From positions 140,122,001 to 140,186,000 of the forward strand of contig CM059431.1 in the NCBI GenBank assembly GCA_030390025.1: 64,000 nucleotides of DNA. Reading direction: 5' to 3'. This stretch comes from Squalus acanthias. Its lineage: Eukaryota. Positions 1 to 13,169 of this stretch are shown here, in pieces; position 1 is the first letter of the stretch; every line of letters starts with the position of its first letter. Both the position numbers and the translations under genes were made by a program. Under the pieces are notes generated by a model that did no database searches, was not told where the DNA came from, and saw nothing but the letters and a program-made list of their open reading frames with translations.

Positions 1-1800
1 GTGGGTGTGGGGCTGGGTCAGTGGGGTATGGGGCTGGGTCAGTGGGGTGTGGGTATGGGGCTGGGTCAGTGGGGTGTGGGTGTGGGGCTGGGTCAGTGGG
101 GTGTGGGTGTGGGGCTGGGTCAGTGGGGTGTGGGACTGGATCAGTGGGGTGTGGGGCTGGTCAGTGTGTTGTGGGTGTGGGGCTGGGTCAGTGGGGTGTG
201 AGGCTGGGTCAGTGGGGTGAGCTGGTCAGTGGGGTGTCGGTGTGGGACTGGATCAGTGGGGTGTGGGTGTGTGGCTGGGTCATTAAGGTGTCGGTTTGGG
301 GCTGGGTCAGTGTGGTGTGGGTGTGGGTCTGGGTCAGTAGGGGTGTCAGTGTGGTGCTGGGTCAGTGGGGTGTGGGGCTGGTTCAGTGGGGGGTGGGGCT
401 GGGTCCGTGGGCTGTCGGTGTGGGGCTGGGTCAGTGTGTGTGGGTTGTGTGTCTGGGTCAGTGTGGTGTGGGTTTGGGGCTGGGTCAGTGGGGTGTGGGT
501 GTGTGGCTGGGTCAGTGGGGTGGGGGTTTGGGGCTGGTTCAGTGGGGTATGGGTGTAGCGTTTGTTGAGTGGGGTGTCGGTATGTGGTTGGGTCAGTGGG
601 GTGTGGGGCTGGGTCAGTGAGGTGTGGGTGTGCGGCTAGGTCAGTGGGCTGTCGGTGTGAGGCTGGGTCAGTGGGGTGTGGGGCTGGGTCAGTGGGTTGT
701 GTGGCTGGGTCAGTGGGGTTTCGAGGCTGGGTCAGTGGGTTGTGGGGCTGGGTCAGGTTGTTGTTGGTGTGGGGCTGGGTCAGTGTCGCGTCGAGGCTGG
801 GTCAGTGGGGTGTGGGGCTGGGTCAGTGGGGTGTGGGTGTGTGGCTGGGTCAGTGGGGTGTGTGGCTGGGTCAGTGGGATGTTGGTGTGGGGCTGGGTCA
901 GTGGGGTGTGGGTGTGGGGCTGGGTCAGTGGGGTGTGGGGGTGGGTCAGTGGGGTGTGGGTGTGGGTTGGGTCAGTGTGGTGTGGGTGTGGGACTGGGTC
1001 AGTGGTGTGTGGGTGTGGGTTGGGTCAGTGTGGTGTGGGTGTGGGGCTGGGTCAGTGGGGTGTCGGTGTGGGGCTGGGTCAGTGTGGTGTGGGTGTGGGG
1101 CTGGTTCAGTGGGGTGTCGGTGTGGGGCTGGGTCAGTGGTGTGTCGGTGTGGGGCTGGGTCAGTGTGGTGTGGCTGTGGGGCTGGGTCAGTTGGGTGTGG
1201 GTGTGGGTTAGGTCTGTGTGGTGTGGGTGTGGGGCTCGGTCAGTGCGGTGTTGGTTCAGAGGAGGGTCTGTACCCCACTGACCAAGGCCCACACCGACAC
1301 CGCACTGACCCAGCCCCACACCGTCACCCCACTGACCCAGCCCCTCACAGACCCCTACTGACCCAGCCGCACACCCACACCCCACTGACCCAGCCCCACA
1401 TCCCACTGAACCAGCCGCACACCCCACTGATCCAGCCACACACCCACACCTCACTGACCCAGCCCCACACCCCCACCCCACTGACCCAGCCCCACACCGA
1501 CACCCCACTGACGCAGCCTCACACCGACCCCTACTGACCCAGCCCTACACCCACACCCCACTGACCGAGCCCCACACCGACACCCCACTGACCCAGCCCC
1601 ACACCCACACCCCACTGGCCCAGCCCCACACCGACACACCACTGACCCAGCCCTACACCGACAGGCTATTTACCCTGTCCTACACCGACACTCCTCTGAC
1701 CCAGCCCTACACCGACAACCCACTGACCCAGCCCCACACCCACACCCCACTGACCAGCCCTACACCGACACCCCATTTACCCTGTCCTACACCGAGAGCG
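1..1800. repeat. G-rich 20/26-bp minisatellite (GGGCTGGGTCAGTGGGGTGT[GGGTGT]) with orientation switch at ~1262-1274
   Basis: Tandem units read directly; G-rich on + up to ~1260, then C-rich reverse complement (ccccactgacccagcccc) to ~1800. Confidence 0.95.
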
Positions 1801-3269
1801 AACTGATATATTCCCAAACCGACCATCAAACGGATCATGTCCGCAGTGAGTGTACAACACTGTCAGATCGGGTTTGGGAGGTAGAATGTACCGAGTGCGG
1901 ACAACGGAAGGGCTCCCACATCGCAGTGTGCGAGCAGCTTGTCAGGAAGATGCTCAGTGATAGAGTTATAGTTGAGGAGAAAAGAAACAGCTGATGAAAC
2001 AATAACCACAGAGGATTCTAAACTCACTCACCTCAATACTTTTCAGCCTTGATCAACAGCACAGCCCGCTCCAGCTTAAAACTTCAGCAACTCCTTAATT
2101 GTATTTAAGAAGGGACACCAGAACACAGCAATGGAACGAAGCAAGTGCCGAGAAAGAATATCGAGGCTGCGAAGCTCTCTCCCATTATTGGCTTAACGCA
2201 GAGGCAAACCAGACAAATGTCCTGGACAGTCGGACAGAGCTCGGCAAAATGACACAAATGTAATCCATGGAGCCAGCTCTGTGTATCTCTGCATTGCTGC
2301 GGTTCAAGTTCTTGGCAGCAACGTCTGAAGGGCGGCATTCTACAATTCCCATCAAATACTTGTGCAAGTTTTGGCCCGTACACAAACAAGGATGAGAGGA
2401 ATTGCTGAGAGCCGCCGGCCAGAGGCGTGGGCGATAAATCAGCGCCAAGGAGAGGGTTGTACTCGCCTGACTCACTCTTTACCGATTTAAATAACAAGAC
2501 CGTTATTGGAGAAGGAATGCGATCCATAATCCTGGCCACATCAAGTTGACACCTGAATCCAGGGCTCTTAAAATGTAAAGTTTGTATTTGAAATCTGCCC
2601 TGATTTGGATTCTAAGCCAAAATACTAAAAACAGGTAAAGTTGCGATTCTTAACTCTTTAATGTCCATAGACACAGGGCGGGGTGCTCAGTGTGTTGCAT
2701 TTCAAATATATTTCAGGATATTTATTTTCCCTCCCCCTCTCGATGAGCTGAAATTCACCCCCTGGAATTCTGCAGAATGTGGAAAAGATGGAGCTCAGCC
2801 TTGAATAGAAAGAATAAAGAATTAAATGAAGAAACATCATGTTTTAAACAGTAACTCAAATCTTCCATTGCTGAATCACACTGACACAAATTAACGTTAA
2901 GCACCTCTCTTATCAAACATTCTCATTGCTCTTTGTGGGAATGATCCGTATTACCGATCTTCTTTATGTTGTTTCTGCAGCAGTCAGACGGGTCGAATTC
3001 TCCAACATTCTAAAGCAGAGAGCGTTAAAAAAAGGAATGAAAAAAAATCAACAATTTCCAACCAAAAACGTTTCATTTTCCACAAGAGCTCCCGCCTCCT
3101 CCTACACCGCACTTGCAGGAGTTAAAACCCATGAAAATGAGGGAGGGCAGTGTTTTCCCTCACCCACAGTCCTGTTTCATGGGGTAAATTTGATTTAGTT
3201 TTCCTCTGGGGAAGTTTCGGCATTCGGTACTTCAGGCTAACCGGAACTGAGGAGCCTCCAATTCTGTCC

Positions 3270-5030
3270 ATCCCAGTTTGGCATAAGAATAAAACAAAAA
3301 GGGTGACTCAACCGTGGCTAACATGGGAAATTAGGGATAGCATAAGATCCAAGGAGAGGTCATATAAATTGACCAGAAAATGCAGTAACCCTGAGGATTG
3401 GGAGCAGTTTAAGATTCAATAAAGGAGGGCAAAGGGATTAATTTAGAACGGGAAAATAGAATACGAGAGTAAGCTTGCAGGGAGCATAAAAACTGACTGT
3501 TAAAGCTTTTATAGATATGTGAAGAGAAAAAGATTAGTGAAATCTAGCATAGGTCCCTTGCAGTCAGAATCAGGGGAATTTATAATGGGGAACAAAGAAA
3601 TTTCAGGCCAATTAAATACATATTTTTGTTCTGTCTTCACAAAGGAGTACACAAATAACCTCCCAGAGATGTTGGGGAACATAGGGTCTGAAGAAAGGGA
3701 GGAACTGAAAGAAATCAGTATTTGTAGGGAAATGGTGTTCGGGAAATTGAAGGTATTGAAGGCCGATAAATCCCCAGGGCCTGATAATCTACATCCTAGG
3801 GTACTTAAGAAAGTGGCCCTAGAAATATAGATGCATTGCTGATCATCTTCTGACATTCGATGGAATCTGGAACAGTACCCATGGATTGGAGGGTAGCTAA
3901 TGTTAACCCACTATTCAGAAAGGTTGGTAGAGAGAAAACGGGGAATTGCTGACCGGTAAGCCTGACATCGGTGGTGGGGAAAATGCTGGAGTCCATTATA
4001 AAAGATGTAATAGCCGAGCACTTGGAAAACAATGACAGGATCGGACAAAGTCAACATGGATTTACAAAAGGTAAATCATGCTTGACTAATGTACTGGAAT
4101 TTTTTGAGGATGTAACTTGTAAAATAGATAAGGGAGAACCAGTGGAGTGGTGTATTTGGACTTCCAAAAGGCTTTTGATAAGGTCCCGCATAAGAGATTA
4201 GCGTGTAAAGTTAAGGCACATGGGATTGGGGGCAAGGTATTCCCTTGGATAGAGAACTGTTTGACAGACAGAAAGCAAAGAGTTGGAATAAACGGGTCTT
4301 TTTCCGAGTGGCAGGCAGTGACTAGTGGGGTACTGCAGGGATCGGTCCTTAGACCCCAGCTATTCACAATATATATTAATAATCTAGGCAAGGGAACTAG
4401 ATGTAATATCTCCAAGTTTGCAGACGACACAAAACTGGGTGGGCGTGTGTGCTGCGAGGAGGATGCCGAGAAACTCCAGGATGATTTGGACAGGTTGGGT
4501 GATTGGGCAGAATCGTGGCAGATGCAATTTAACGTGGATAAATGCGAGGTTATCCACTTTGGTGTCAAAAACAGAAAGGCAGATTATTATCTGAATGGCA
4601 ATAGATTGGGAGAAGGGGAAGTGCAACGAGACCTGGGTGTCCTTGTGCACCAGTCAATGAAGGTAAGCATGCAGGTGCAGCAGGCGGTTAAGAAGGCAAA
4701 TATTATGTTGGCCTTCATAGCGAGAGGGTTTGAGTACGGGAACAAGGATGTCTTGCTGCAGTTGTACAGGGCCTTGGTGAGACCACACCTTGAGTACTGT
4801 GTGCAGTTTCGGTCGCCTTATCTGAGGAAGGATGTTCTTGCCATAGAAGGAGTTCAGCGAAGATTAACAAGGCTGATACCTGGGATGGTAGGAATGATGT
4901 ATGAAGAGAGAATGGGTCGATTGGGCTTATACTCGCTGGAGTTTAGAAGAATGAGAGGGGATCTCATTGAGAATTATAACATTCTGACAGGACAAGACAA
5001 ACTAGATGCAGGAAGGATGTTCCCGATGGT
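3270..5030 (+). mobile_element. CR1-clade LINE ORF2 fragment (reverse transcriptase), degenerate and 3'-truncated
   Basis: Motifs KSPGPDNLHPRVLK, QHGFTKGKSCLTN, YLDFQKAFDKVPH, FADDTKL, LVRPHLEYC split over ORFs 3519, 3971 and 4147. Confidence 0.95.
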
Positions 5031-7870
5031 CGGGAGGGCTCAGTGCTCAGGTAATGATTCTGTTTTGGAGGGATCAGTGCCCACGTAAAGATTCTGTTTG
5101 GGAGGGGTCAGTGGCCAGGATATGACTCTGTTTGGGTGGGTTCAGTGGCCAGGAAATGATTTTGTTCGCAAAGAGATAGTGCCCAGGTTATGACTCTGTT
5201 TGGGAGGAGTCAGTGCCCAGGAAATGATTCTGTTTGGGAGGAGTCAGTGCCCAGGAAATGGTTCTGTTTGGGAGGAGTCAGTGCCCAGGAAATGATTCTG
5301 TTTGGGAGGAGTCAGTGCCCAGGTAATGATTCTGTTTGGGAGGAGTCAGTGCCCAGGTAATGATTCTGTTTGGGAGGAGTCAGTGCCCAGGTAATGATTC
5401 AGTTTGGGAGGAGTCAGTGCCCAGGTAATGATTCAGTTTGGGAGGAGTCAGTGCCCAGGTAATGATTCTGTTTGCGAGGGTTCAGTGCCCAGGTAATGAT
5501 TCTGTTTGGGAGGGCTCAGTGCCCAGGTAATGATTCTATTTGGGAGGGGGTCAGTGCCCAGGTAGTGATTCTGTTTGGGAGGAATCAGTGCCCAGGTAGT
5601 GATTCTGTTTGGGAGGGAGCAGTGCCAATAAAATGTTTATATTTGGGATGAGTCAGTGCCCAGATAATGATCCTGTTTGGGAGGGGTGAGTGCCCAGGTA
5701 ATGATTCTGTTTGGGTGGGGTCATTAACCAGGTAATGATTCTGTTTGGGAGAGGTCAGTGCCCAGGTAATGATCCTGTTTGGAGGGGTCAGTGCCCAGGT
5801 AATGATCCTGTTTGGAGGGGTCAGTGCCCAGGTAATGAATCTGTTTTGGAGGGGTCAGTGCCCACATAAAGATTTTGTTTGGGAGGGGTCATTAACCAGG
5901 TAATGATTCTGTTTGGGAGAGGTTAGTGCCCAGGTAATGATCCTGTTTGGGTGGGTTCAGTGGCCAGGAAATGATTTTGTTCGCAAGGAGATAGTGCCCA
6001 GCTTATGATTCTGTTTGGGAGAAGTCAGTGCCCAGGTAATGATTCTGTTTGGGAGGAGTCAGTGCCCAGGAAATGGTTCTGTTTGGGAGGAGTCAGTGCC
6101 CAGGAAATGATTCTGTTTGGGAGGGGTCAGTGGCCAGGATATGACTCTGTTTGGGTGGGTTCAGTGGCCAGGAAATGATTTTGTTCGCAAAGAGATAGTG
6201 CCCAGGTTATGACTCTGTTTGGGAGGAGTCAGTGCCCAGGAAATGATTCTGTTTGGGAGGAGTCAGTGCCCAGGAAATGGTTCTGTTTGGGAGGAGTCAG
6301 TGCCCAGGAAATGATTCTGTTTGGGAGGAGTCAGTGCCCAGGTAATGATTCTGTTTGGGAGGAGTCAGTGCCCAGGTAATGATTCTGTTTGGGAGGAGTC
6401 AGTGCCCAGGTAATGATTCAGTTTGGGAGGAGTCAGTGCCCAGGTAATGATTCAGTTTGGGAGGAGTCAGTGCCCAGGTAATGATTCTGTTTGCGAGGGT
6501 TCAGTGCCCAGGTAATGATTCTGTTTGGGAGGGCTCAGTGCCCAGGTAATGATTCTATTTGGGAGGGGGTCAGTGCCCAGGTAGTGATTCTGTTTGGGAG
6601 GAATCAGTGCCCAGGTAGTGATTCTGTTTGGGAGGGAGCAGTGCCAATAAAATGTTTATATTTGGGATGAGTCAGTGCCCAGATAATGATCCTGTTTGGG
6701 AGGGGTGAGTGCCCAGGTAATGATTCTGTTTGGGTGGGGTCATTAACCAGGTAATGATTCTGTTTGGGAGAGGTCAGTGCCCAGGTAATGATCCTGTTTG
6801 GAGGGGTCAGTGCCCAGGTAATGATCCTGTTTGGAGGGGTCAGTGCCCAGGTAATGAATCTGTTTTGGAGGGGTCAGTGCCCACATAAAGATTTTGTTTG
6901 GGAGGGGTCATTAACCAGGTAATGATTCTGTTTGGGAGAGGTTAGTGCCCAGGTAATGATCCTGTTTGGGTGGGTTCAGTGGCCAGGAAATGATTTTGTT
7001 CGCAAGGAGATAGTGCCCAGCTTATGATTCTGTTTGGGAGAAGTCAGTGCCCAGGTAATGATTCTGTTTGGGAGGAGTCAGGCCCTGGGTAAAGATTCTG
7101 TTTTGGAGGGGTCAGTGCCCAGGTAATGATTCTGTTTGGGAGGGGTCAGTGCCCAGGTAATGATTCTGTTTGGGAGGGGTCAGTTCCCAGATAAAGATTC
7201 TGTTTTGGAGGGGTCAGTGCCCAGGTAATGATTCTGTTTGAGAGGAGCCAGTGCCCAGGTAATGATTATGTTTGGGAGGGGTCAGTGCCCAGGTAATGAT
7301 TCTGTTTGAGAGGAGTCAGGGCCCATGTAATGATTATGTTTGGGAGGGGTGAGTGCCCACGCAAAGATTCTGTTTGGGAGGGGTCATTACCCAGTAATGA
7401 TTCTGTTTGGGAGGAGTCAGTGACCAGGTAATGATTCTGCTAGGCAGGTGTCAGTGCCTAGAAAATAATTATGTTAATGAGGGGCTCAGTTCCCTGGTAA
7501 TGATTAGGTTTGGGAGGCGTCAGTGTCCAGGTAGTGATTCTGTTTGGGAGGTGTCAGTGCCCAGGTAATGAATATGTTGGGGGGGGGGGGGGGGTCAGTT
7601 CCCAGGTAATGATTCTGTTCGGGAGGGTTTCAGTTCCCAGGTAATGATTAGGTTTGTGAGTAGTCAGTGCCCAAGTAATGATTCTGTTTGGGAGGGGTCA
7701 GTGCCCAGGTAATTATTCTGTTTTGGAGGGTTCACTGCCCAGGTAATAATTCTGTTTGGGTGGGGTCAGTGCCAAGGTAATGATTCTGTTTGAGAGGGGT
7801 CAGTGCCCATGTAATGATTCTGTTTGGGAGGGGTCACTGCCCAGGTAATATATCTGTTAGGGAGGGGTAA
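5031..7870. repeat. 34-bp minisatellite (GATTCTGTTTGGGAGGAGTCAGTGCCCAGGTAAT)
   Basis: Unit recurs at 34-bp spacing (gtgccc at 5281 and 5315). Confidence 0.95.
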
Positions 7871-8270
7871 ATATTTGTGACTGAAAGTGTATGTAACCGT
7901 TTCGCTTCAAAAGTACAGCCTATAGGCACTTTGGAAAAAAAATCAATTTTTTTATTAGCAACAAATTCAACATTACAACTGTTTCAAAATTAGAAAACAG
8001 CTAGTTTCCAACTTGAATGTTTTTATTGCACTAAGAAACCGCAAAAGTCTCTTTAAACTGTTTACAAATTTTATCCAAAGATGTATCTTTGCAAATGTTT
8101 ACAAAGTAGAAAATAGCTAGGTAACATTTAAAAGTTAGTACTAAGAACAACAAAACAGTACGTTGAAAGTCTTTTTTTGCTGCAATAAAAGTTCACTGTT
8201 TCACTTTAAATTGTGTCTGTTCCTTTCTTTGCCTTGCTGGTGGAGGGGGAGGTACAAGGCGTCACTATCA

Positions 8271-8698
8271 TCACCTCATGAAGGTGTTGGCTACTAACAG
8301 TTCCCGAGCAGCCTTGCTTTTGGCAGCACTTGGCTCCTCCGAGTCAGGCCTGGCCTCAGGCACATTGGCATCGTCCATGTCCTCCATTTCAGCATGGAGC
8401 TCCTCTGCAGGGTTAAGGGTCAGTCCTTCCCGCATGGAAAAGTTGTGCAAAGCACAACAGGCCACCACAATCCTTGCTACTTACAGAGGAGAATACTGCA
8501 AGGCCTCCCTGACCAGTCCAGGCACCGGAAGTGTGATTTCAGAACCCTGATTGTCCTCTCCACCACTTGCCTTGTGGACACGTGTGCCTGGTTGCATCTC
8601 TCCTGAACCTCATTATTGGTCTTGTGGTAGCGAGTCGTCAGCCATGGTTTTAGCGGGTAGCCCTTGTCACAGGTTTCCTCTTTAAAAAGATGCAGTAC
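8271..8698 (-). mobile_element. PIF/Harbinger (HARBI1-like) DDE transposase C-terminal relic
   Basis: DKGYPLKPWL...NQAHVSTRQVVERTIRVLKSHFRCLD, then frameshifted ALQYSP...VVACCALHNF; splice acceptor ttttcccctacag before 8698. A possible element end (aaaatccgggcc) lies at ~10231-10242. Confidence 0.9.
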
Positions 8699-9389
8699 CT
8701 GTAGGGGAAAAATGGAAAGAGTTGTTAAAGTCATATTAAAAAAGTGAGTGGTTAGAAATTCACGTCAGGCGGTGGTGCGACACGGGCGGTAGCGGAACGT
8801 GCGCCCGTCATACCCGCCTGATGAATATCATCGCCGGAGACCAATTTATAAAAATATTTTTTTATTTTATTCATCCATAACAATTTTGAATAGCATATAA
8901 ATCTTAACATTTAAAACATTCATATGTTCTGGCATAATTATTTTAAAAATTAGTGAAAATGAAAAAAATCATTTTTAAAAAGTCATTTTCAAGTTAAAAA
9001 AATAAATCTAATTGAATAGAATGCTTTCCTTCTCCACAGCAAAAGTTCCTCTGTAAAATACCTACACTCCTCAGGACACCCCAATGCCTCTCTTTTGAGA
9101 TCCAAAAGCACTAAAATATTTTAAATTAATAATAAAAGTTGTTAAAAACTCAAATCAGGGTTGGTCCTACACACTTTGCTAAATTTCAAAGCTAAAACAG
9201 TTCCGTTTCCGGTTCACCCCCTGACTTCCAGGACTTCTTCCTGCTGTTTCTTTATCCACAATGCAGGCTGTACGCCTGTTTTTTCTACTATAGCAGTTTC
9301 GTGCAGGACTGCTGAGCTTTATTTGGGCAAATAGACCAATCCTGCGCTAGCAGTGTTTCATTCCCCGGGGATGCGGTCAAGAAGATTTG

Positions 9390-10170
9390 AACATAAGAAA
9401 TAAGAGCAGGAGTAGGCCATACGACCCCGAGAGCCTGCTCCGCCAGTCAATAAGATCATGGCTGATCATCGACCTTAACTACACTTTCCTGCCCGATCTC
9501 CATATCCCTCGATTCCCCTAGTGCCCAAAAATCTATCTATCTCAGCCTCGAATATATTCAAAGACTCAGCTTGCACAGCTCTCTGGGGCAGAGAACTCCA
9601 AAGATATACAACCCTTTGAGTGAATAAATTCCTTCTCAACTCAGTGTTAAATGGCCTACCCCTTCTCCTGAGACTATACCCCCTAGTTATCGACACTCCA
9701 GCAGAGGAAACAACCTCTCAGCATCTACCCTGTCAATCCTCCTCAGAATCTTGCATGATTCAATGAGATCACCTCTCATTCTTCTAAACTCCAGAGAGTG
9801 TAGGCCCATTCTACACAATCTCTCATCATAGGACAGCCCTCTCATCCCAGAAATCAATCTAGTGAACCTTCGTTGCACCGCCTCCAAGGCAAGTATATCC
9901 TTCCTTAGTTAACGAGACCAAAACTTTACACAGTACTCCAGGTGTGATCTCTCCAAGGCCCTGTACAATTGTAGCAAGACTTCCTTACTCTTATACTCCA
10001 ACCCCCTTGCAATAAAGGCCAACATGCCATTGCCTTCCTTATTGCTTGCTGTACCTGCATGCTAGCTTTCTGTATTTCTTGCAGGAGGACACCCAAATCT
10101 ACCTGAACACCAACATTTGAAAGTTTCTCACCATTTAAAAAATATTCTGTTATTCTATTCTACCTACAAA
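9390..10170 (-). mobile_element. CR1 LINE 3' fragment
   Basis: VQRRFTRLISGM, SLEFRRMRGDLIE, FTQRVVYLWSSLP; typical 3' UTR ending at ~9390. Confidence 0.9.
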
Positions 10171-10249
10171 GTCTATTCTTCCTACCCTATTCTTGACGGA
10201 TTGCAAGTTCCGGCTTTCCGTCATGTGCAGAAAATCCGGGCCATGTTTT

Positions 10250-10375
10250 TAATCAAAGGCATTAAGGGATATGGGGCGAAGACGGGTAAATGTTAGTTCG
10301 CAGATCAGCCATGATCCCATTGAATGCCGAAACATGCTCAAGGGGCTAAATGGGCTATTATTCCTCTGTTCCTAT
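10250..10375 (+). mobile_element. CR1 3' end fragment
   Basis: GIKGYG-like end followed by gatcagccatgatc...gctaaatggg 3' UTR. Confidence 0.7.
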
Positions 10376-10469
10376 ACATTATTTTTCCCATTCAATGAAG
10401 TGGTGTCACGTTGTTCTGTCGGCAGACGTTAAGCCAGTAATGTCACACTAAGCTCAAAGAAGACCTGCA

Positions 10470-10930
10470 CTAGACAGGGTGTAGAGGAGATTTTCGAGGA
10501 TGTTGCCAGGAGTGCAGAATCTTAGCTATGAGGAAACATTGGATATGCTGGGGTTGTTTTCTTTGGAACAGAGGAGGCTGAGGAGAGACTATATTGAAGG
10601 ATATAAAATTATGAAGGGCTTAGATAGAGTGGATAGAAATGACCTATTTCAATTAGGAGAGAGGTCAATAACAAGGCATCATAGATTAAAGTAATTAGTA
10701 GAAGGAGTAGAGGGGGGTTGAGGTGACCCTTTTCACCCAGAGGGTGGTGGGGGTCTGGAACTCGCTGCCTGAAAGGCTGGTAGAGGCGGAAACACTCATC
10801 ATATTTGAAAAGTACTTGGATATCACTTGAAGTGCGGTAACCTACAAGGCTATGGACCAAGAGCTGGAAAGTGGGATTCGGCTGGTAAGCTCTTTTTTGG
10901 CCTGCACATACACGATGAGCCGTAAATTGT
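10470..10930 (+). mobile_element. CR1 LINE 3' fragment
   Basis: LGLFSLEQRRLRRD; FTQRVVGVWNSLP-like sequence. Confidence 0.85.
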
Positions 10931-10989
10931 TTGTCTGGGATGGACTGAACGAAAATATAATCTTTATTTGCAAATATTAGTTGAGAGAG

Positions 10990-11470
10990 AAGCCCATGGA
11001 TTAAAGAGACATTGGGCTGGAAACGAATTGGTCAGGGACAGAAAACAGAGAGCTGTGGTGAGTAGTTGTTTTTCAGACTGGAGGGCAATGTGCAGTTGTG
11101 TCCCCCAGCGGACGGTTTGGGGCCATTGCTCTTCATATATAATTATTGCCCTGGATTTGGGTATACAGAGCAAAAATCAAAGAGGCACGAAACTAGGAAA
11201 TGTAATAAACAATGAGGAGGATACTAACAGACTTCAGTAGGACATAGACAGTGTGTTAAAATGGGGAGATACATAGCAGATGAAATTTAAGGCAGAGAAG
11301 TGTGAATTGATTCATTTTGGTAGGAAGAGCGAGGGGAGGCAATACAAACGAAATGGTAAATTTTAAAGGGTGCAGCAACCTATACCGACACAAGTCTTTA
11401 AAGATGACAGGACAATTTGAGAAGAATGCTAAAAAGACATACGGTCCTTGGCTTTATAAGTAGCGGCATG
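10990..11470 (+). mobile_element. Degenerate CR1 RT fragment
   Basis: RKQRAVVSSCFSDWR..VPQ, TKLGNVINNEED..RLQ. Confidence 0.75.
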
Positions 11471-11759
11471 GCCTTGAAATGTGCCTCGGGCGGTGGAACA
11501 AACGGGCGGTATCGGGTCGGCCGCCCATTACACGCAGCGCCTGATATTCAGTTCCAGTCAGTTCACTGCATTAAAATGGCGGGAGCCGGCAGGGTGTGTT
11601 TGTGCTTTGCTGCGTTTAACTCAGATCAGTTAGAAGGACTGCACTGTGTCTCCACATATAAACAACAACCTCCTGAGCAAGTGTTATCTTTCCCGCCAGG
11701 TGGGTGCGGGGGAACTGCTGGCACTCGCCAGGCAGAGGCGGAGACGGCGCCAGGACGCA

Positions 11760-12680
11760 GACGCACTGTGAAACCCCATACGCACCATGGCAGGACCCGG
11801 ATACACTTTCAGACCCCATACACACCTGGCAGGAGCCTGATACACTGTGAAACTCCATACACACGTGGCAGGACCCTGAAACATTATGAATCCCCATACA
11901 GACCAGGAAGGACCCAGATACACTGTGAAAACGCATGCACACAATGGCCGTACCCTGCTACATTTTGAAACCCCATCCACACCTGGCAGGACCCTGATAC
12001 ATTGGAAAACCCCATACAAAACTGGAAGGATGCACATAAATTGTGAAACCCATACATACCATGGCAGGAGCCTGATACACTGAGAAACCCCATACTAACC
12101 TGGCAAGATCCTGATATACTGTGAAACCCCATACACACCTGGCAGGCTCCTGATACGTGTGAATCCCCATAAACACCTGGCAGAATCCTGATAGAGGGTG
12201 AAACCTCATACACACCTGGCAGGATCTCGATAAACTGTGAAAATGCATAAACAAACACCTGACAGGTTCCCTATACACTGTGAAACTCCATACACACCTG
12301 CAGAATCCTGATACACTGTGAAACCCCAAACGCATCTGGCAGGATCCTGATACACTGTGAAACCCCATACACACCTGGCAGAATCCTGATTGAGGGTGAA
12401 ACCTCATACACACCTGGCAGGATCTCGATAACCTGTGAAAATGCATAAACAAACACCTGACAGGTTCCCTATACACTGTGAAACTCCATGCACACCTGCA
12501 GAATCCTGATACACTGTGAAACCCCAAACGCATCTGGCAGGATCCTGATACACTGTGAAACCCCATACACACTTGGGAGGATTCTGATACACTGTGATGC
12601 CACAGACACCTGTCAGGATCCTCATACCCTTGACACCCCGTATACCCATGGCAGAATCCCAAACACTGGATCTGGATTCT
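11760..12680 (+). repeat. 39-bp minisatellite (GATACACTGTGAAACCCCATACACACCTGGCAGGATCCT), array 1
   Basis: Tandem units; internal 198-bp duplication (12181 vs 12379). Confidence 0.9.
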
Positions 12681-13169
12681 CCCACCAGGAGAAATCACAC
12701 TTTGTATCTGCACTATCGGTAATTCTATAATTTTAAACACCGCAATTAACCGCACTGTTCATTTAACAGTGAATTTACTGAGATGGACCTGTTGGTATGA
12801 ATGTTTCGTTAGATTAGAAAGATTTCATCTTAAACTAACGATAGATATTAATAAGCAAGAATGGGAAGATATATGGAGGGGGAGTTCACAGGAAGACACA
12901 TATCTGGCGAAGTTTAGGTATGGCTCTTCAGGCTCTGCCACAGCGAATTCTTAATCCTGATTACAAAACAGAGGATAAATAAGAGAGAGAAAGAAAATAT
13001 CGTAATATTCCCTCGGAATTATCACCACAATCTGTTCTCAAACAGTTTCTGTCTTCTGTCACTTCCATCCCGGGGAGGTGATATTTATTACTGTCTGATA
13101 ACCACCCTCAAAATGAGGAGAATCCAAACTTGATAACGACTATAGCACAGGAATGGTCCTTTCTATGAA

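Noticed and set aside
1..1642. Gly/Val/Trp/Cys-rich ORFs (also 22336-26421)
   Set aside because: By-products of a stop-poor minisatellite that is open in several frames with non-triplet units.
2025..2540. Perfect minus-strand donor GAG|GTGAGT at 2032/2031 and 144-aa ORF 2105..2539
   Set aside because: No recognisable homology or partner exon in the window.
5031..7870. CRISPR-like regular repeats (also 57590-58215, 63035-64000)
   Set aside because: Head-to-tail repeats with no unique spacers and no cas genes, in eukaryotic DNA.
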